Assembly: GCA_002633005.1 (NCBI GenBank)
Contig: NMRA01000941.1
Coordinates: 4,412 to 50,999, forward strand
Direction: 5' to 3'
Length of the DNA: 46,588 bases
Source: Phoronis australis
Lineage: Eukaryota > Animalia > Phoronida
In this document: piece by piece, positions 1-12,165 of the stretch
Numbering within the stretch: position 1 is the stretch's first letter
How the letters are laid out: each line of letters starts with the position of its first letter
Program-made: the position numbers and the translations under genes
The notes under the pieces: generated by a model
What the model was told of the DNA's origin: nothing
Databases searched by the model: none
Seen by the model: only the letters and a program-made list of their open reading frames with translations

Positions 1-390
1 ATTTGCTAACGTTGCTTAGGAGGAATTCGTTGAGAACAAAGTCAAGGTTAGGACTACCATTCAGTAATAATGTAACTCTAGTAGGGATATTATTACAAGA
101 ATTGAGAGCGTTAACAATTGATTGGTTATCATTGAGTGCACGAAAGAGTGAGTCTCTCAGGGATTCGATGAGGGGACATTTGAAGAAAATATGAGGATAA
201 GATTGATGGTCACCACATTTACAGTTTGGAGAGACATTACTAAAGTTGTGCCTGAACTTGTCAGAGTTGAGGAAAAGGCCACATCTTGATCTGTACAATG
301 CTATTTCCTTATCGCGGGTAAGGGAGAATTGAGTCAAGGGTGTTGAGTTATCAAAATTATGAAAAACAGTTCTAAAATTATTTTTTATAC
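1..390 (-). mobile_element. Non-LTR retrotransposon (LINE) ORF2 C-terminal fragment, runs off the window start
   Basis: Manual minus-strand translation is open for about 130 codons: ...EIALYRSRCGLFLNSDKFRHNFSNVSPNCKCGDHQSYPHIFFKCPLIESLR...TLLLNGSPNLDFVLNEFLL. The SPxCxCG..H.FFxCP..LLxG pattern is the Cys/His knuckle seen at the end of many invertebrate LINE ORF2 proteins. Confidence 0.7.
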
Positions 391-781
391 TTTGTTAATG
401 TGTGTGCCCCCTTGGTCATTCCTTGTATAGTCATAACTTGTTAGAGTGCCATGATCTTCAAACAGACTCGCGACCAGACCACGGCGCCTGCCACAATAGC
501 AATTCTTCGGAAAACGAGATTTTTTTCAAAAGTATTACATGTACATGTATACTGTATGATATTGCGCAAGACAACTTTACAATACACAAGTCAAATTCGA
601 GTTACAAACGTGTGAGGTGTAATAGGATGACACGGCATGACAGATGAGGTAAAAACGTTGCCCATCAATTCGCCTGAATATCAGGGTTGCGGCACCATAG
701 TATTTCCCCTAATCAAATCAAACCATATCTTAGAATAAAGAAACTAGTTACCTAAAGAAATCAGCTATAGAGCTGCTTTTT

Positions 782-1077
782 CAGCGGTGGATCCATCTAA
801 AATGCTTGGCTACTTCAGAAGTGTCGTCGGAAGCGCGCGCACAATTGACCTCCGGGGTTTTGCCGATGAGCCACAATTCACAATGCAAAAAATATATTTT
901 CAGAGTGAACCCCCCCCTCATTTTTTCCAAGTTGGATTACTCGGGGTTTACACACGCTGGCGTTGCCGTTTTTGTTTTGCTGGAGACGTTTTTTTTTTCT
1001 TTTTTTTTTTAAATTTTTGGGTCCCGGCCCGAGGGGGGGTTAAACCCCCTGAACCCCCCCGCGTAGATCCGCCACTG
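782..1077. mobile_element. MITE-like element with CAGTGGCGGATC-type termini
   Basis: Left CAGCGGTGGATC and right GATCCGCCACTG form an imperfect inverted pair, with G/C runs inside the right end; no clear TSD. Confidence 0.5.
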
Positions 1078-2024
1078 GACATCACTTCAGAATCCAGCAT
1101 AGTATACAAGATAACTATCATAAAGTGTTTCGTATACGTTACTGGTGTATTCCTAGACTCGTTAGCTTTGAAATGCGGGAGTATGATGAAAACAGAGAAA
1201 TTTAAACGGCTGTAATTCCATCGACATTCTTTTACTGGAAGTCGCCATGTTGGTGAACTAGTGTGACCTATTATACAACTGACCAATAGAATACCTTGTT
1301 TCTTGAAATCGGAACAGCCAATGATATTCCACGAATGCGAATGGAAAAGTGCCCTGTAGCAAACCCCAACCAACCTCGAGGGTCTGTGCTGGAGACTAAT
1401 GTGAAAGACTAGTGGCCAACCGACTAGAGCGACGTCTTTCGTGAAAATGATCCCTGGAGTTCTCTGTGGGCTCGGTTTATGATAGAGATGGAGATTGCCC
1501 AAAACTGATCAGTTTTACTAAATTTGCCATTAATCACTGTGTGAAATGAAGCTAGTTGGCGCGAATACATAACGCAGACGACAGCAAAAGACGGCATTTC
1601 GATTATTATTCGTTTTAGCAGTTGCCCGGCCGCAAACGACTCGTCCGAAAACAGAGGGACGCAGTTTAGACTGCTAAAATAGGACAACGAAAAATCGAAA
1701 TTCGTGCAAACACAATGTGCTATCCGTCTCCGACGGGTTTTTGGGTTTTGTTTTTAATAGTGAATCATGTGGAGTATCCCGCTGTTTTCGCATGGACTTG
1801 TGAGGTCGCTACAACTTCAGGCGCTATGTTTCTGGTTTTCATGCCCTGACAACTTGCGGACAAAATATTTCACCTTTTGTGGTGACCTTTTTCGTACGGA
1901 CTCAGTGGCTTTATTAAAAATGGAAGTGTTTTGTTCCTCAATGGGATGCTTATTAATTAATTGTGAATGGGCTTATAATCAATTTTGTTTCGACTCTTTA
2001 TTTGTCTTACGGGGGCATCTCACT

Positions 2025-2900
2025 GTTGTGCCACGTGCAGTGATGCTGAACGTCGGGCGATTGGTTTCAAACGGTTACCTGGTGAGTTGATCTAGCTCAA
2101 CTCAGGTACTTGGGTGTTTCTTGCAGGGATAATCCACCACTAGATTTGTCTGACAGTATTTATTCTTGATACCTGGGCTTACGGCGAATATTTTGCAACT
2201 GGTTTCATGCGGTTACCTCTTGGGTTGATCTCAACTCAGGTATTTGGGCGTGTCTGCCAGAAGCGGGGCTAACCACCACTAGATTTATCTGGCAATGTTT
2301 ATTCGTGATCATACCTGGAACTGGTTTTAAGCGGTTACCTCTTGGGTTGATCTAGTTCAGTTTTAACCATTTTTGATAATCGTCTAGCCGGGGTTACCCC
2401 ACCACTGAAATTGTCTCAGTTGCATCTAACAGTTGTGCCATGTACAGTGATGCTGAACATTGGTTTCAAACGGTTACCTGGTGGGTTGATCTAGCTCAAC
2501 TCGGGTATTTGGGCGTGTTTGGCGGGGATAACCCACCACTAGATTTGTCTGGCAGTGTTCATTCGTGATACCTGGGCTCACGGTGAATATTTTGCAACTG
2601 GTTTCATGCGGTTACCTCTTGGATTGATCTAGCTCAATTTTTTACCTTGTTTATAACCGTCTGGCTGATACTCCCTACCACTGAAATTGTCTGTCACTGT
2701 CTAATTTTGATACAGTGGATTACGTAGTAGGTATCCAAAGCAGTTTGAAGTGGTTACCAGAAAAGTTGATCTAGCTCAATTTTTGAGTGGCATTCTCTTG
2801 ACTCCCCTGTCCACACCCACCAGAGCAAACCTGCCAGACGGCCATTTCCAAGGATTAGGATACTCACAGAGCACTGTGACACCAAAGAAAATTGGTTACC
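2025..2900. repeat. Diverged tandem repeat, ~138-142 bp unit, ~7 copies
   Basis: GGTTACC anchors at 2073, 2211, 2333, 2472, 2610, 2752 and 2894; most are followed by GTTGATCTAG(C)TCA and then ACCACCACTAGATTTGTCTG-like motifs. Confidence 0.85.
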
Positions 2901-3315
2901 TTTTCATGCCCCAAAAATGCTCTGGGATCCCGGTTTACAAGGCGTGTCTTCTGCAAGTCCTTCTTGTTTGAGTGAAAGTGCGCCACGTTTTGCCAATGAG
3001 TAACGACAAGATGCATCAAATACATGTATGATCAACCATTGGGGATTAAAAAGTGTCTAGGGAGAAGTTTTCAATTCAGGCAAAAATAGAGTTTGAGCGA
3101 CCGAGGTATGTTTGGAAATCGTCCTTTGACAACATTGCAGTGCATTTAATGAATTCAGTTCTCTGAAAGCAGAAACTGCTTGGTGATTTAATTTTTGTTT
3201 TGATGCCAGTCTTTCAAAAAGTGGGTAACGTGACCCTTTCGTTTTCTTAATAATTATCCAAACAGAAAGGCACATTCACGACCGTCGGACGGTGTTGATA
3301 AAACATTAACTTCGT

Positions 3316-3402
3316 TTGATATGAATGCTCACGATATGATATGAATGTTTGATATGAATGTTCAAGATATGATATGAATGTTTGATATGAATGTTCAAGA
3401 TG
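3316..3402. repeat. Short GATATGAATG-based minisatellite
   Basis: Five GATATGAATG copies separated by TTT, CTCAC or TTCAA linkers. Confidence 0.75.
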
Positions 3403-3675
3403 ACATCAAGAAAATTAAGTTACAGTATTCTGGGTTATCTTTTCGTGTTCTTTTTGTTTAATGCAACTAATGCCTTTTTCATAAAAAAATCCGATTTCTG
3501 ATAGCTTCTTGTCTGTGCCAAAATGGAACACTCTAAAAATATTTCCTAACAGCGTCTTGGAGAATAAAAAACATTCCATGATGTTCCGAATTTGTCCATC
3601 TTTAGTGGCTCACATAACCCCAGTCTGAGTCGAGTGTCTCCACATACTATTCACATGGGATGATAATGTCATCAT

Positions 3676-3867
3676 TCAGCACTGGGGGGCGTCCTTGAAA
3701 ACTCCATGAAGTACCAACACGAACATTGTGACGGAGCCACAGAGCGAGCCAACCTGTGTCATGCCCCCGCACCACAGTAATTGCTTTCTTCCTTCAGCTC
3801 GCAACAGCTCAGCGATACTGACCTTGACATACGAAAAGAAGAAAGTAGCCAGAACCCACGCTGTGAC
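3676..3867 (-). CDS. SLC52A: SLC52A terminal coding exon ([15 protein letters not shown]...VFKDAPQC*)
   Basis: Acceptor TTTCAG|; TGA at 3678-3676. Confidence 0.93.
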   Translation of the reverse strand, partial: VTAWVLATFFFSYVKVSIAELLRAEGRKQLLWCGGMTQVGSLCGSVTMFVLVLHGVFKDAPQC

Positions 3868-6800
3868 CTGAAAGTACACAAAGTGTATTGGATGAGTACA
3901 GCCTCCCGTTCAGTAACGCTAGGACCTCGCTAAAAAGCAAGACTTCGCGATATTACGTGAGATACTGCCGTGCATTTTAAATGAGAGCACGTGACTTTGA
4001 CTAGGTTTTAGCTAGGTCCTAGCGTAGTTACTAGCGTCTACTGAACGCACGCCAGATTATTCACGCTTCATTACAATTAAAATAACATCCGCCCTACGCA
4101 GCTGATTAAAGAAACGAAAATTGAATTAGGCATTTTACTTAAATATCCTTCCATAATAGCACCTTTTTTCTGTCACCAAAGGGGACGTACAAACCATCAA
4201 CAGGTCACGAAATGTGTCGGAAAATTGCCGATTTTATTGGGGTTGGTCAAACCCTGAAATTCGAAACTCGCGTGCACGAAATTCCACTCAAATATAGGTC
4301 AGTAGCTGCGTGTGATGCATCATGACCATTCCCAGTGTTTAGATTGCATGTCAGCTGATGGTTTTGGCTCTTAGGGTGAGAACTCAAATATATTTAACGT
4401 ATCAGCTATATTAACAAAGCGAAATGCAGCGTAATTAAAACGCGCCGTAATTAATTTATGGCCAAATGATTGTCTTTCAACATGAAATTAAACTTATTCA
4501 CAAAGACCGTAATTTCATGTCGACATGTGATGAATGACAAAAATCCACTTAACTGACAAAAATTGATTGTAGAAACTAATTAACTGTAATTTACGCATTG
4601 TTCAGTAGGTGATCAGTTGGTTGATGGGTCGCGTCTTTCTTGTACACTGGTGAAAACAAACAATTAAATGTACTTTCAAACCGAAATTTATTATTCGACA
4701 ATTGTTTTTGAAACTAAAGAAATTGCTACCGTAACACATTTGCCTTGGTAATGCACTGCATGGGCAGGCCACTAGCCCACTCCCTCCAGACCTGACCACT
4801 AGTACGCTATCTTGACTTTAGAGTGGAAACCATCAGCTGCCATGAGAAACAAATGAGAGAGACATTTAGTGACCTGCTAATTTTGCCCATCTTACTGGCG
4901 ACTGTGGGTCGTCTTTCAAATGCGTTATGGGACACTTGTTGGCTCGTGATCATCCTGTGACGTAGCAAAAAACTTGGTGAATTGCAAACAATGACGGAAT
5001 TCAAATAGCACTTGAGCTCAATTCAAATCTGTCCACTGCAACTCTTTTGCTAGGGAGAGTAAACAACAATAAATCATATCAAAATGAAAAGTTGGCTTTT
5101 ACAAAATCTTTTGCGAGAAACGTTCTCGAGGCACGCGCAATATCCGAACATGTTGAATTTTAATCTCGCCACCTAAAACGCCAGGCCTGCATTATGAAGA
5201 CGCAAGGAACTCACGAAAACAAAAGATGTCGGATGACTACGTGTATCGCCATGCATTACAAGTGAAGCTCGTGATGAGGTATACTGTTAAATGTTATTAT
5301 AGCCCAGGTTGAAAACGTCTCAAAGTTTGCAGTAATGTCACTACATGTTTTTCTTCCAACTATCGATCGTCTCACAATGCATTTGAAAAACTACCAACAG
5401 CACTGCTTGTGAGTAAGTTTGCCGGAAATGAAAACCCCCAAAATGTGCAACTATTCTGGTAATCCATCCATTTAAATGCATGGATGATACACTGACTTAC
5501 TGACAACGCAGCCCCTGTGTCTTTTTCGTCTGGCAGGAAGGGCGGCACAGGACTTAGTGAAGCCAGAGACATTATGTAGACACCTAACGCTGAAGCTATG
5601 AATGCCATGACGCCAATTACGACATTAGAGCGAACGGGTAAGAAAAACGCCGTGAAACAGGCCAGTGGATTAGCAATTTGTGACAAGCGATTGGCAAGAC
5701 TGTACGCCAGCGGTCCGTAAGGAAGCGAAGAATATGTCTGCATGGAAACCAATACACCGTTTGTTAATGCATTTGACCAGAATATTAAGCCAAGCAAAAA
5801 AACGTAGTCAGCTGCTGACATGCCTGCTGAATGTTTTAAGTTGGCTGGCAAGCTTTCTGAGGATTGGCCTATCTCCGGAAAATCTACTGAAGCCCGTGAA
5901 GAAAAGTCGCTTTCGTTAGCAGAAAATCCGTCATTTTTTTCGAATGTGATTTTGGGTTGCTTTTCGCTAATGCCACTTTGGTATGATGAGACGTGTTCCA
6001 GTTTACAGTGAGGCACAAAGTTTATCACCGTGAAAGCAAGGCCGCAAACGACCATCATGCCAAACGTGAACAGATAAAAGTTAAGTGGCGGAAATGCTGG
6101 AGTTTTATACTGAGGCTGAAATGACCAATTGCCGGTGCTTCCATTTGTTGACTGGTTGACTGCTGATGACGTATTGACGCACGTGTAATCTCCCGCGCCC
6201 TGGCCCAGTGAAACCAGAGACGGTAGTAGACCACTGAATCCCTCACCTGTGAATAGCGACAAGCGTATCTTAACATCATCAATCTGGCATTATTTCACTA
6301 TGAAAGAATGCATTTTTGAAGCTGAATAAACGATGGCGCAGACTTTCTGAAATTTCTAGAAATGGTTATCATTTTTCATGTTGAAATATAACGTTAAGTC
6401 AAATTGTCTGCAAACACATAGCGTTATGGCCCTCCGAGCGTCAACTGGGTTTACATTTACGTACGTACGGATGCTCGTGAGAAGCGCCGAATCTAGAATA
6501 TAGGGTTGCATATCTAGCTCTCTAGCTGCTAGGTCAGGATCCGGCATGAACAAAATTGCCCTAGGACTCAAGTGGCTCAGACTAATCATGCACTGTGTCA
6601 TAAACAAACTAGTTCTCATTTGAATTGCGTATTTTCGATCAATGCTCTAAACCAGTTTCACATTACTTTGATCTTGTTTTGGTTGGGTAAACAACACAAA
6701 CCATGCCTTTCGGCATCTCATGTGCAAAAGAATGCCAACCAAGCTCGATTTACTTGAATAATGCACGGAAGTCACTCTGAATTCGTCACAATGCTGCTCA

Positions 6801-7245
6801 ACGTCGGTGGATTTTAACGTTCCAAGACTTTGAAGCTGATTGCTTATGCTATAGTAACGAATCTCGCAGTATCTTTCAAGGCCAAGTGGTATTTGGTTCA
6901 TGACAAAAGTCACGTATTAACATTCCTGCATAGACCGTAACAACCTCACTATTGACACCGATTGTGTGGCAGGCCTCTCATGCGGTTCGTTGACCTATAT
7001 ACGTACCAATGTAATAGGCTGTCATGTATTGAGGTTTCATCCTAGCCATGAAGGGCAGAAAGACAACCGAACTTGTGCAGTCCACGATAGATATGAAAAA
7101 CGTAATGACCAGAAGCGCCGTGCTGTGGAGTTCACCTGAAACAGTCCGTAGTCATTAAAGGAACATCGACCATTTTGTCACGGTGGTGAGAGGATTTTTG
7201 GGATTTATTCTTTCCTCGCCATTTGTAGAATGGAAATATAGGTTC

Positions 7246-7340
<95 letters not shown>

Positions 7341-10300
7341 TTTCATTGGTTGGTTTCATTCGGCTAGGAACACTGGTTTCCCACAATCCATTGCTGATAT
7401 CCCAGAATATTTTCAAATCGTAAAAATCAAATCCTGGTCGATTTTGTAGAGGTCAAAGCATTTTTTTTATGAATCACGGCTCCCTTCCTTATTTTCCTTT
7501 TTTTTTAATTACCTTTGCTTTCTTCTTTTCGCCTTTTTCGTCCTTATAACTCTTTTTTTTCTTCCAATAAATAACTTTAATTATAACCATAATTTGGATT
7601 TACATCAGGTGGCTTGAAAGTAATTGTGACGTTTTAGTGCTTTAAAAGCGGACTGTAGTCAAAATAATGTTGCAGTTAATCGGTTCTAACATACAAATAA
7701 AACTCACATTTGCCTGACTTGCGTGCCAAACAAAAGCCAATTCGTATTCATGGTCAAAACACTGAATTCTGAAAGCGATCGCTGATTGGCTGATGTGTCA
7801 GTGACGTGAACGGCGGGGTATCGGCTGCTTTGCACATTCATTGCTTATGTCATATTTGAAGAGTTTACATCGTAATTTATCATTGTATCAATCGTCCTTA
7901 TTTTTTNAATTTTTTGAGCTTCGTTAGAGAACATAAGTTTAATTTTTGGTGTTGAATTATTTGTGAAATTAATCAACAATTCATAGAAAACTATCCAGAA
8001 TTTATTCAGAATAAAATACAGTTCCCTTTTAAGTGTCTATTTTAAGTTTTCCATTTCCTTATACATGTCACGGAACATGACAGTACGTTCAAATAGTAAA
8101 ACAAAAATGTTCATTTTTAATGAGTGTCTATGAAACGTAAATAAATTAGCGTTTTGAGGGTGTGTTTATGGAAAAACATGACCTTGCGTGGCCGGTTGTA
8201 TGAAACTGTGTTCCTTAACTATTCATTTCATTTATGAACTTGTGAAAACACTAGCAGTCGATTTCACAAAGGTTATCTTCTTAAACCTGGTCTACTTAAC
8301 TTGGGTTTCGCGGTTTAAAAGCTTGAAAGCGTGATTCAGCGAGATCAGCTAGGGAGCCGGTTAGATAAAACCAGGTTTCTCCAAGGTACGCTAGGTGTCA
8401 ATCTGGACTAACTCAACAAAAAAAAAAAAACAGTGTCAAGTGCTTCAACCATAGATTATAGTCTATGCTTCAACGCAGCCTTGATCATGTGGCCACAAAC
8501 GTCACACAGTAACAAAGTGAGTGCAGGCGTTTGCTGGTGGGTCTGTTATACTCAAATGAGTCGTACATTGTCTGAAAAATTTTCTCCCGGTGAAAAAGTT
8601 TCCTCACAAAACTGATTAGAGAAAAAAGACAATATTGTAGAGAACAAGAAAACTGACGTCGTAAGCGGCAGGCATAGAAGACATACTCGTCCAGACTGGC
8701 AGCACAGTTCCCGCAATCGGAAAAATACAGTCACAAAACACTTAATGAAATTTTGGAAACGTTAAAAATGTTAGGCTAAAAAGGAATTTTTATGAGTGAA
8801 AAACAGTGGGAGACCCGATTAGCCGCAACATAATTAATGCCGAAATTCATTTCTGTATAATTCTTACTATTTGTTTTGTCGGTCACCAGGAGGGGAATCC
8901 CACCCTCGCTACTGTGACCTAAAGGAATTATAACTCAGTCGGTGGTAGAGTTGATAGTAGATGATGCCGTCTTCAGCGCACATTCAACTTTAAGCCACCT
9001 TCATGAAATCTGTTGCTTGTTCTTTCTAAAGTTGTTTTATTCTCGTAACGGATTCAATTCTTGACGTTGATAGGCACAGAGAGTAAACTCTAATATTATT
9101 GAAAGTAATTTACTTGAAAGGACTGCATGAAAGTCCATATTTACTTTCATTTAAATAACGACTCAGTTTTTAGAAATAGTATTAGAAAGTGTCATTATTC
9201 AAAGAGGAACTCATAATATAGATAAAATGACAGAAAAAACACGACATCTGCGAGTGAATAAAGACAAGCACGCAGAAGATTTAGGGAACTTAGTTGGGTC
9301 CCTATTTGGGACTGGTTCAACCAACCGGGTATGAGCGGCCAAATTTGTGTGGTAAAATCAACGATCATGTTTTCTGCCGGCGTGAACATAAACAAAAACA
9401 TCGAAATTTGTGTACGTCATGACCATTGGCTCAATGAGCAATGTTTACATTCTGTATGTTAGGAAATAATTAAGGCATGCGGGGAGTTTCATGTAAAGAT
9501 TATTTGTATTTTTTGAATTCAAAGTACATGTATTTAGGTGTGCAACATGCTTTCGTGAATGCAACCCTGGTGCTATGACTCAAACTGATTCTGTCGCTTT
9601 CTCGGTATGTATTCTAAACCACATCTTAAAAGATTTGTGCGCGTCTATTTCGTCGAACTCCGAAAGCTTGTATCACACATACATGTACCTAAAATGAGGA
9701 ATTACGGAGATGATATAGAGCAACACAATGCCAATTGAGTGTTTACATCTGGTTCCCACAATTTTTCATTCGAGGTATGTAAAAGAGGAGACGTAAATAA
9801 GACCAAATCAGTCATACCTGCTACGAATGTTGTTTTGTCCCATAGGAAGGCGAGGAGGAAACATGAGACAGCGCCAACGACGACGATAACGTAAACAACT
9901 GGAACTTCTTTGATCTTTTGGGGCTGTTAGAAATAATTAAGACACTCACTTGTGATTACAAATAGGGTTGCGTTACTGACACTCAACTAGACAATAACGA
10001 GAAAAAGTAGTGTGATCCCTCACTTCCTTCTCACGCGATGATAAAGCGTCTATGGAACACAGCCTATGGTACAAAATGGACAATTGCTTGATAAAATGTG
10101 AAAGAACTTCAAACGGGAAACTACTGTAGGTCGCAAGTTCGTCGCATAAAAAAAGAATAGATAGGCGTATCCGTTGTTCACCTTGTTTTTCTTTCTTACA
10201 ATAATGATAATGGCAAGCATTTATGGGGTAACGCGGGGCCGGTGTGCGCCCAAGGTACGCATCCACGCGACCTGTATTGCAACAAAGGGAAGAGTTCAAT

Positions 10301-10709
10301 AGGCGATAACCACGCGACGCACTTTCGCCGTCGCATGGATCTCGCAAATTAAACAATGCCATGCGACCTCCATACGACGTCATTTGGCATGGGTTTCGCG
10401 AAGTCTGACTATGATAGTCATCAGTCAATTTACGCACGCACGCGCGCGCGCGCGCACACACACACGCGCACACACACAAGCACATACCTTAAGCGTGTTG
10501 CCAATGAAGAACAGCAGCGGTCCAATGTTCGCTAGCTGTATAACCACCGTTAGGTAGGAAGGTAACGCCCATCCTTCCGGTAGCTCGGGCACCAGTAGAG
10601 GGAGTTCCACCCATATTCCGTTTACTGCTATCCACGACCCTAAACCAAACAGTATAACCAAAAGGTACACCGGGACTGAGATGTCATATCTTTCCCGGCA
10701 ACAATCCAT
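3676..10709 (-). CDS. SLC52A: Riboflavin transporter, SLC52A family (RFVT/GPR172-like); exons 10709-10488, 9923-9818, 7135-7007, 6246-5501, 3867-3676; 464 aa
   Basis: All four introns are GT-AG with matching phases (0,1,1,0); CDS = 222+106+129+746+192 = 1395 nt. Family motifs: [116 protein letters not shown]. Paralog (A1/2/3) is not assignable. Confidence 0.95.
3902..4052 (+). mobile_element. PIF/Harbinger-like MITE, family copy 1 (last SLC52A intron)
   Basis: Inverted ends CGTTCAGTAACGCTAGGACCT ... AGGTCCTAGCGT..TACTGAACG; CAG on both flanks (3-bp TSD); near-identical inverted copy at 27398-27540. Confidence 0.8.
5501..6246 (-). CDS. SLC52A: SLC52A coding exon 4 ([10 protein letters not shown]...DTGAALS)
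   Basis: Acceptor TTCACAG|, donor TCA|GTAAGT; lies within ORF 5372..6262. Confidence 0.93.
7007..7135 (-). CDS. SLC52A: SLC52A coding exon 3 ([43 protein letters not shown])
   Basis: Acceptor TTTCAG|, donor TTG|GTACGT; 129 nt, phase 1-1; absent from the ORF track. Confidence 0.93.
7248..7338. repeat. (TA)n microsatellite, ~45 units
   Basis: Perfect TA run in SLC52A intron 2. Confidence 0.99.
9818..9923 (-). CDS. SLC52A: SLC52A coding exon 2 ([35 protein letters not shown])
   Basis: Acceptor TTTCTAACAG|, donor CAG|GTATGA; hydrophobic helix; absent from the ORF track. Confidence 0.92.
10432..10478. repeat. (CG)n/(CA)n compound microsatellite
   Basis: Alternating purine-pyrimidine tract about 10 nt inside SLC52A coding intron 1. 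Confidence 0.95.
10488..10709 (-). CDS. SLC52A: SLC52A coding exon 1 ([11 protein letters not shown]...FIGNTLK)
   Basis: ATG at 10709; donor AAG|GTATGT, phase 0. Confidence 0.9.
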
Positions 10710-10762
10710 CGCCTTTCGTGCTAACAGTACAATACATGCAGTCACGCCTGACGTGGAAAAGG

Positions 10763-10940
10763 CTGAAAATAACCAACACATAAGTCACCATTTCCAAGGA
10801 GAACGTAGGTAACGCATACATGTTTACAATGACAAAAAGAAAACTAGACCAACCTTCTCAATCATCATTGATTAAGTAGTAAATACCATTTTTTGCCTGA
10901 GAAATGCATTACAAATAAAACTGATAACAAGTTTACTCAC
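10763..10940 (-). other. Candidate 5'UTR intron of SLC52A
   Basis: Donor |GTGAGT at 10940 and acceptor TTATTTTCAG| ending at 10763, about 53 nt upstream of the ATG; inferred from splice signals only. Confidence 0.4.
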
Positions 10941-11559
10941 AGTGGTGTTAGTCATCAAGAAAAATAAACTGGTTCTGAATTCTTAGGTCACCAAATGAGT
11001 GGCAGACCAACATGACCTCTGTAAATAACAAGGTTCTGAGATCAGTGTAGAAATTGCTCGAGCAAAGGAAATGTACTTCATCCTCTACGCATGATCGAGG
11101 CAGTACAAAAATCACAAACGCATAAACAAATACCGAAACGGCCAGTTTCCAATTTCAGCTAAATTGAGAAAAGAGGGGTTTGTACTCTCTAGAAATGCTC
11201 GTTTTTAAATAAACTTCTGTTTGCTATTTAGTTTTAAATAAATTATAAGTTCATAGCTTGGGTTTGCTCAAAATTTCCGCCCTCCATTCAGACTCGGAAA
11301 GATTCATCAGTTTCATTTTGGCATTTTTCAGATCACAAGCTGACCTTTGATAAAATGCTTCAATCTCATAAACCTCAGAAAAAAATTGAAAAAAATAGTT
11401 TTTGACCAATTGTCCTTAGTGTACGCGAGGTCCCAGAAAAATACTTGCTTTGTGAGACAATTATCCGGCATGCAAATAAGTATATTACAGAGCTGTATCA
11501 TTCATAATTTCCTGCGAACTACACTAGGTATGTACCCCATATCCATTCATCGCAGCGAT

Positions 11560-12165
11560 TGGAGAATTTAAAAATTTGTGAACCCCAAGAAAGTATCGAA
11601 TGGCCCGATTTTGGATTGAATCACACCGAGGAACAACCCCTGCCCCCAAACACCAGCACAGTAATCAAGTATCGGGGTAACCTGTGCATCATATCAGGTG
11701 CTCTCTATCTTGAACCCAACATCACACATGCGCTTGAATTTAGAGACCATAGCACCAACAGCACGGCCACCAGATGCTGCTAGTGCGGTAGCGGCTTGTT
11801 TAAATTGCAAATGTTCATACAAAATGACACCTAAATATTCATACTGACTTACTTTAGTGAGCGGGTTATTCGCATAATTGAAGACAAAGTGGGTCTGCGT
11901 CACCCGGGGCTTACGAAAATCCATAACTTCAGTTTTACTCAAATTCAACTCCATCCTCGATTGTTTACACCAAGTGTGCAAAAGATCCAACATGATCTAC
12001 CTTTTCGAAAACCGTTTTGCTCCTCAGCAAGCAGACTTCTCAACATAAGACGATGCCCTGGCATTCAGAATACCCCTATAAATTTTATAAATACAGGGAA
12101 GCAGGCTGATTCCCCTATAATTTAATGGAACACGAGGATCCTTGTGTGAATCTTTCGTTATCCCG
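11560..12165 (-). mobile_element. LINE reverse-transcriptase remnant (3' part)
   Basis: Minus-strand translation gives KDPRVPLNYRGISLLPCIYKIY, LLAEEQNGFRKGRS, then WCKQSRMELNLSKTEVMDFR...YEYLGVIL (RT N-terminal motifs and thumb). Confidence 0.9.

Noticed and set aside
787-1687. Overlapping 87-184 aa ORFs
   Set aside because: They run through a MITE and a poly-T tract; no protein-like motifs.
5372-5500. ORF extension past SLC52A exon 4 (and 10710-10781 upstream of the ATG)
   Set aside because: Family similarity stops at the GTAAGT donor; the upstream extension crosses a likely acceptor and is non-homologous.
7132-7449. YIYIYI ORFs (and CVCVCV ORFs at 19498, 9973, 40406)
   Set aside because: Translations of microsatellites.
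8931-9065. tRNA A/B-box-like words (also ~16960 and ~12170)
   Set aside because: No cloverleaf and wrong spacing; at most decayed SINE heads.
3000-11500. FMN riboswitch near the riboflavin transporter
   Set aside because: No RFN-element motifs seen; this riboswitch class is bacterial.
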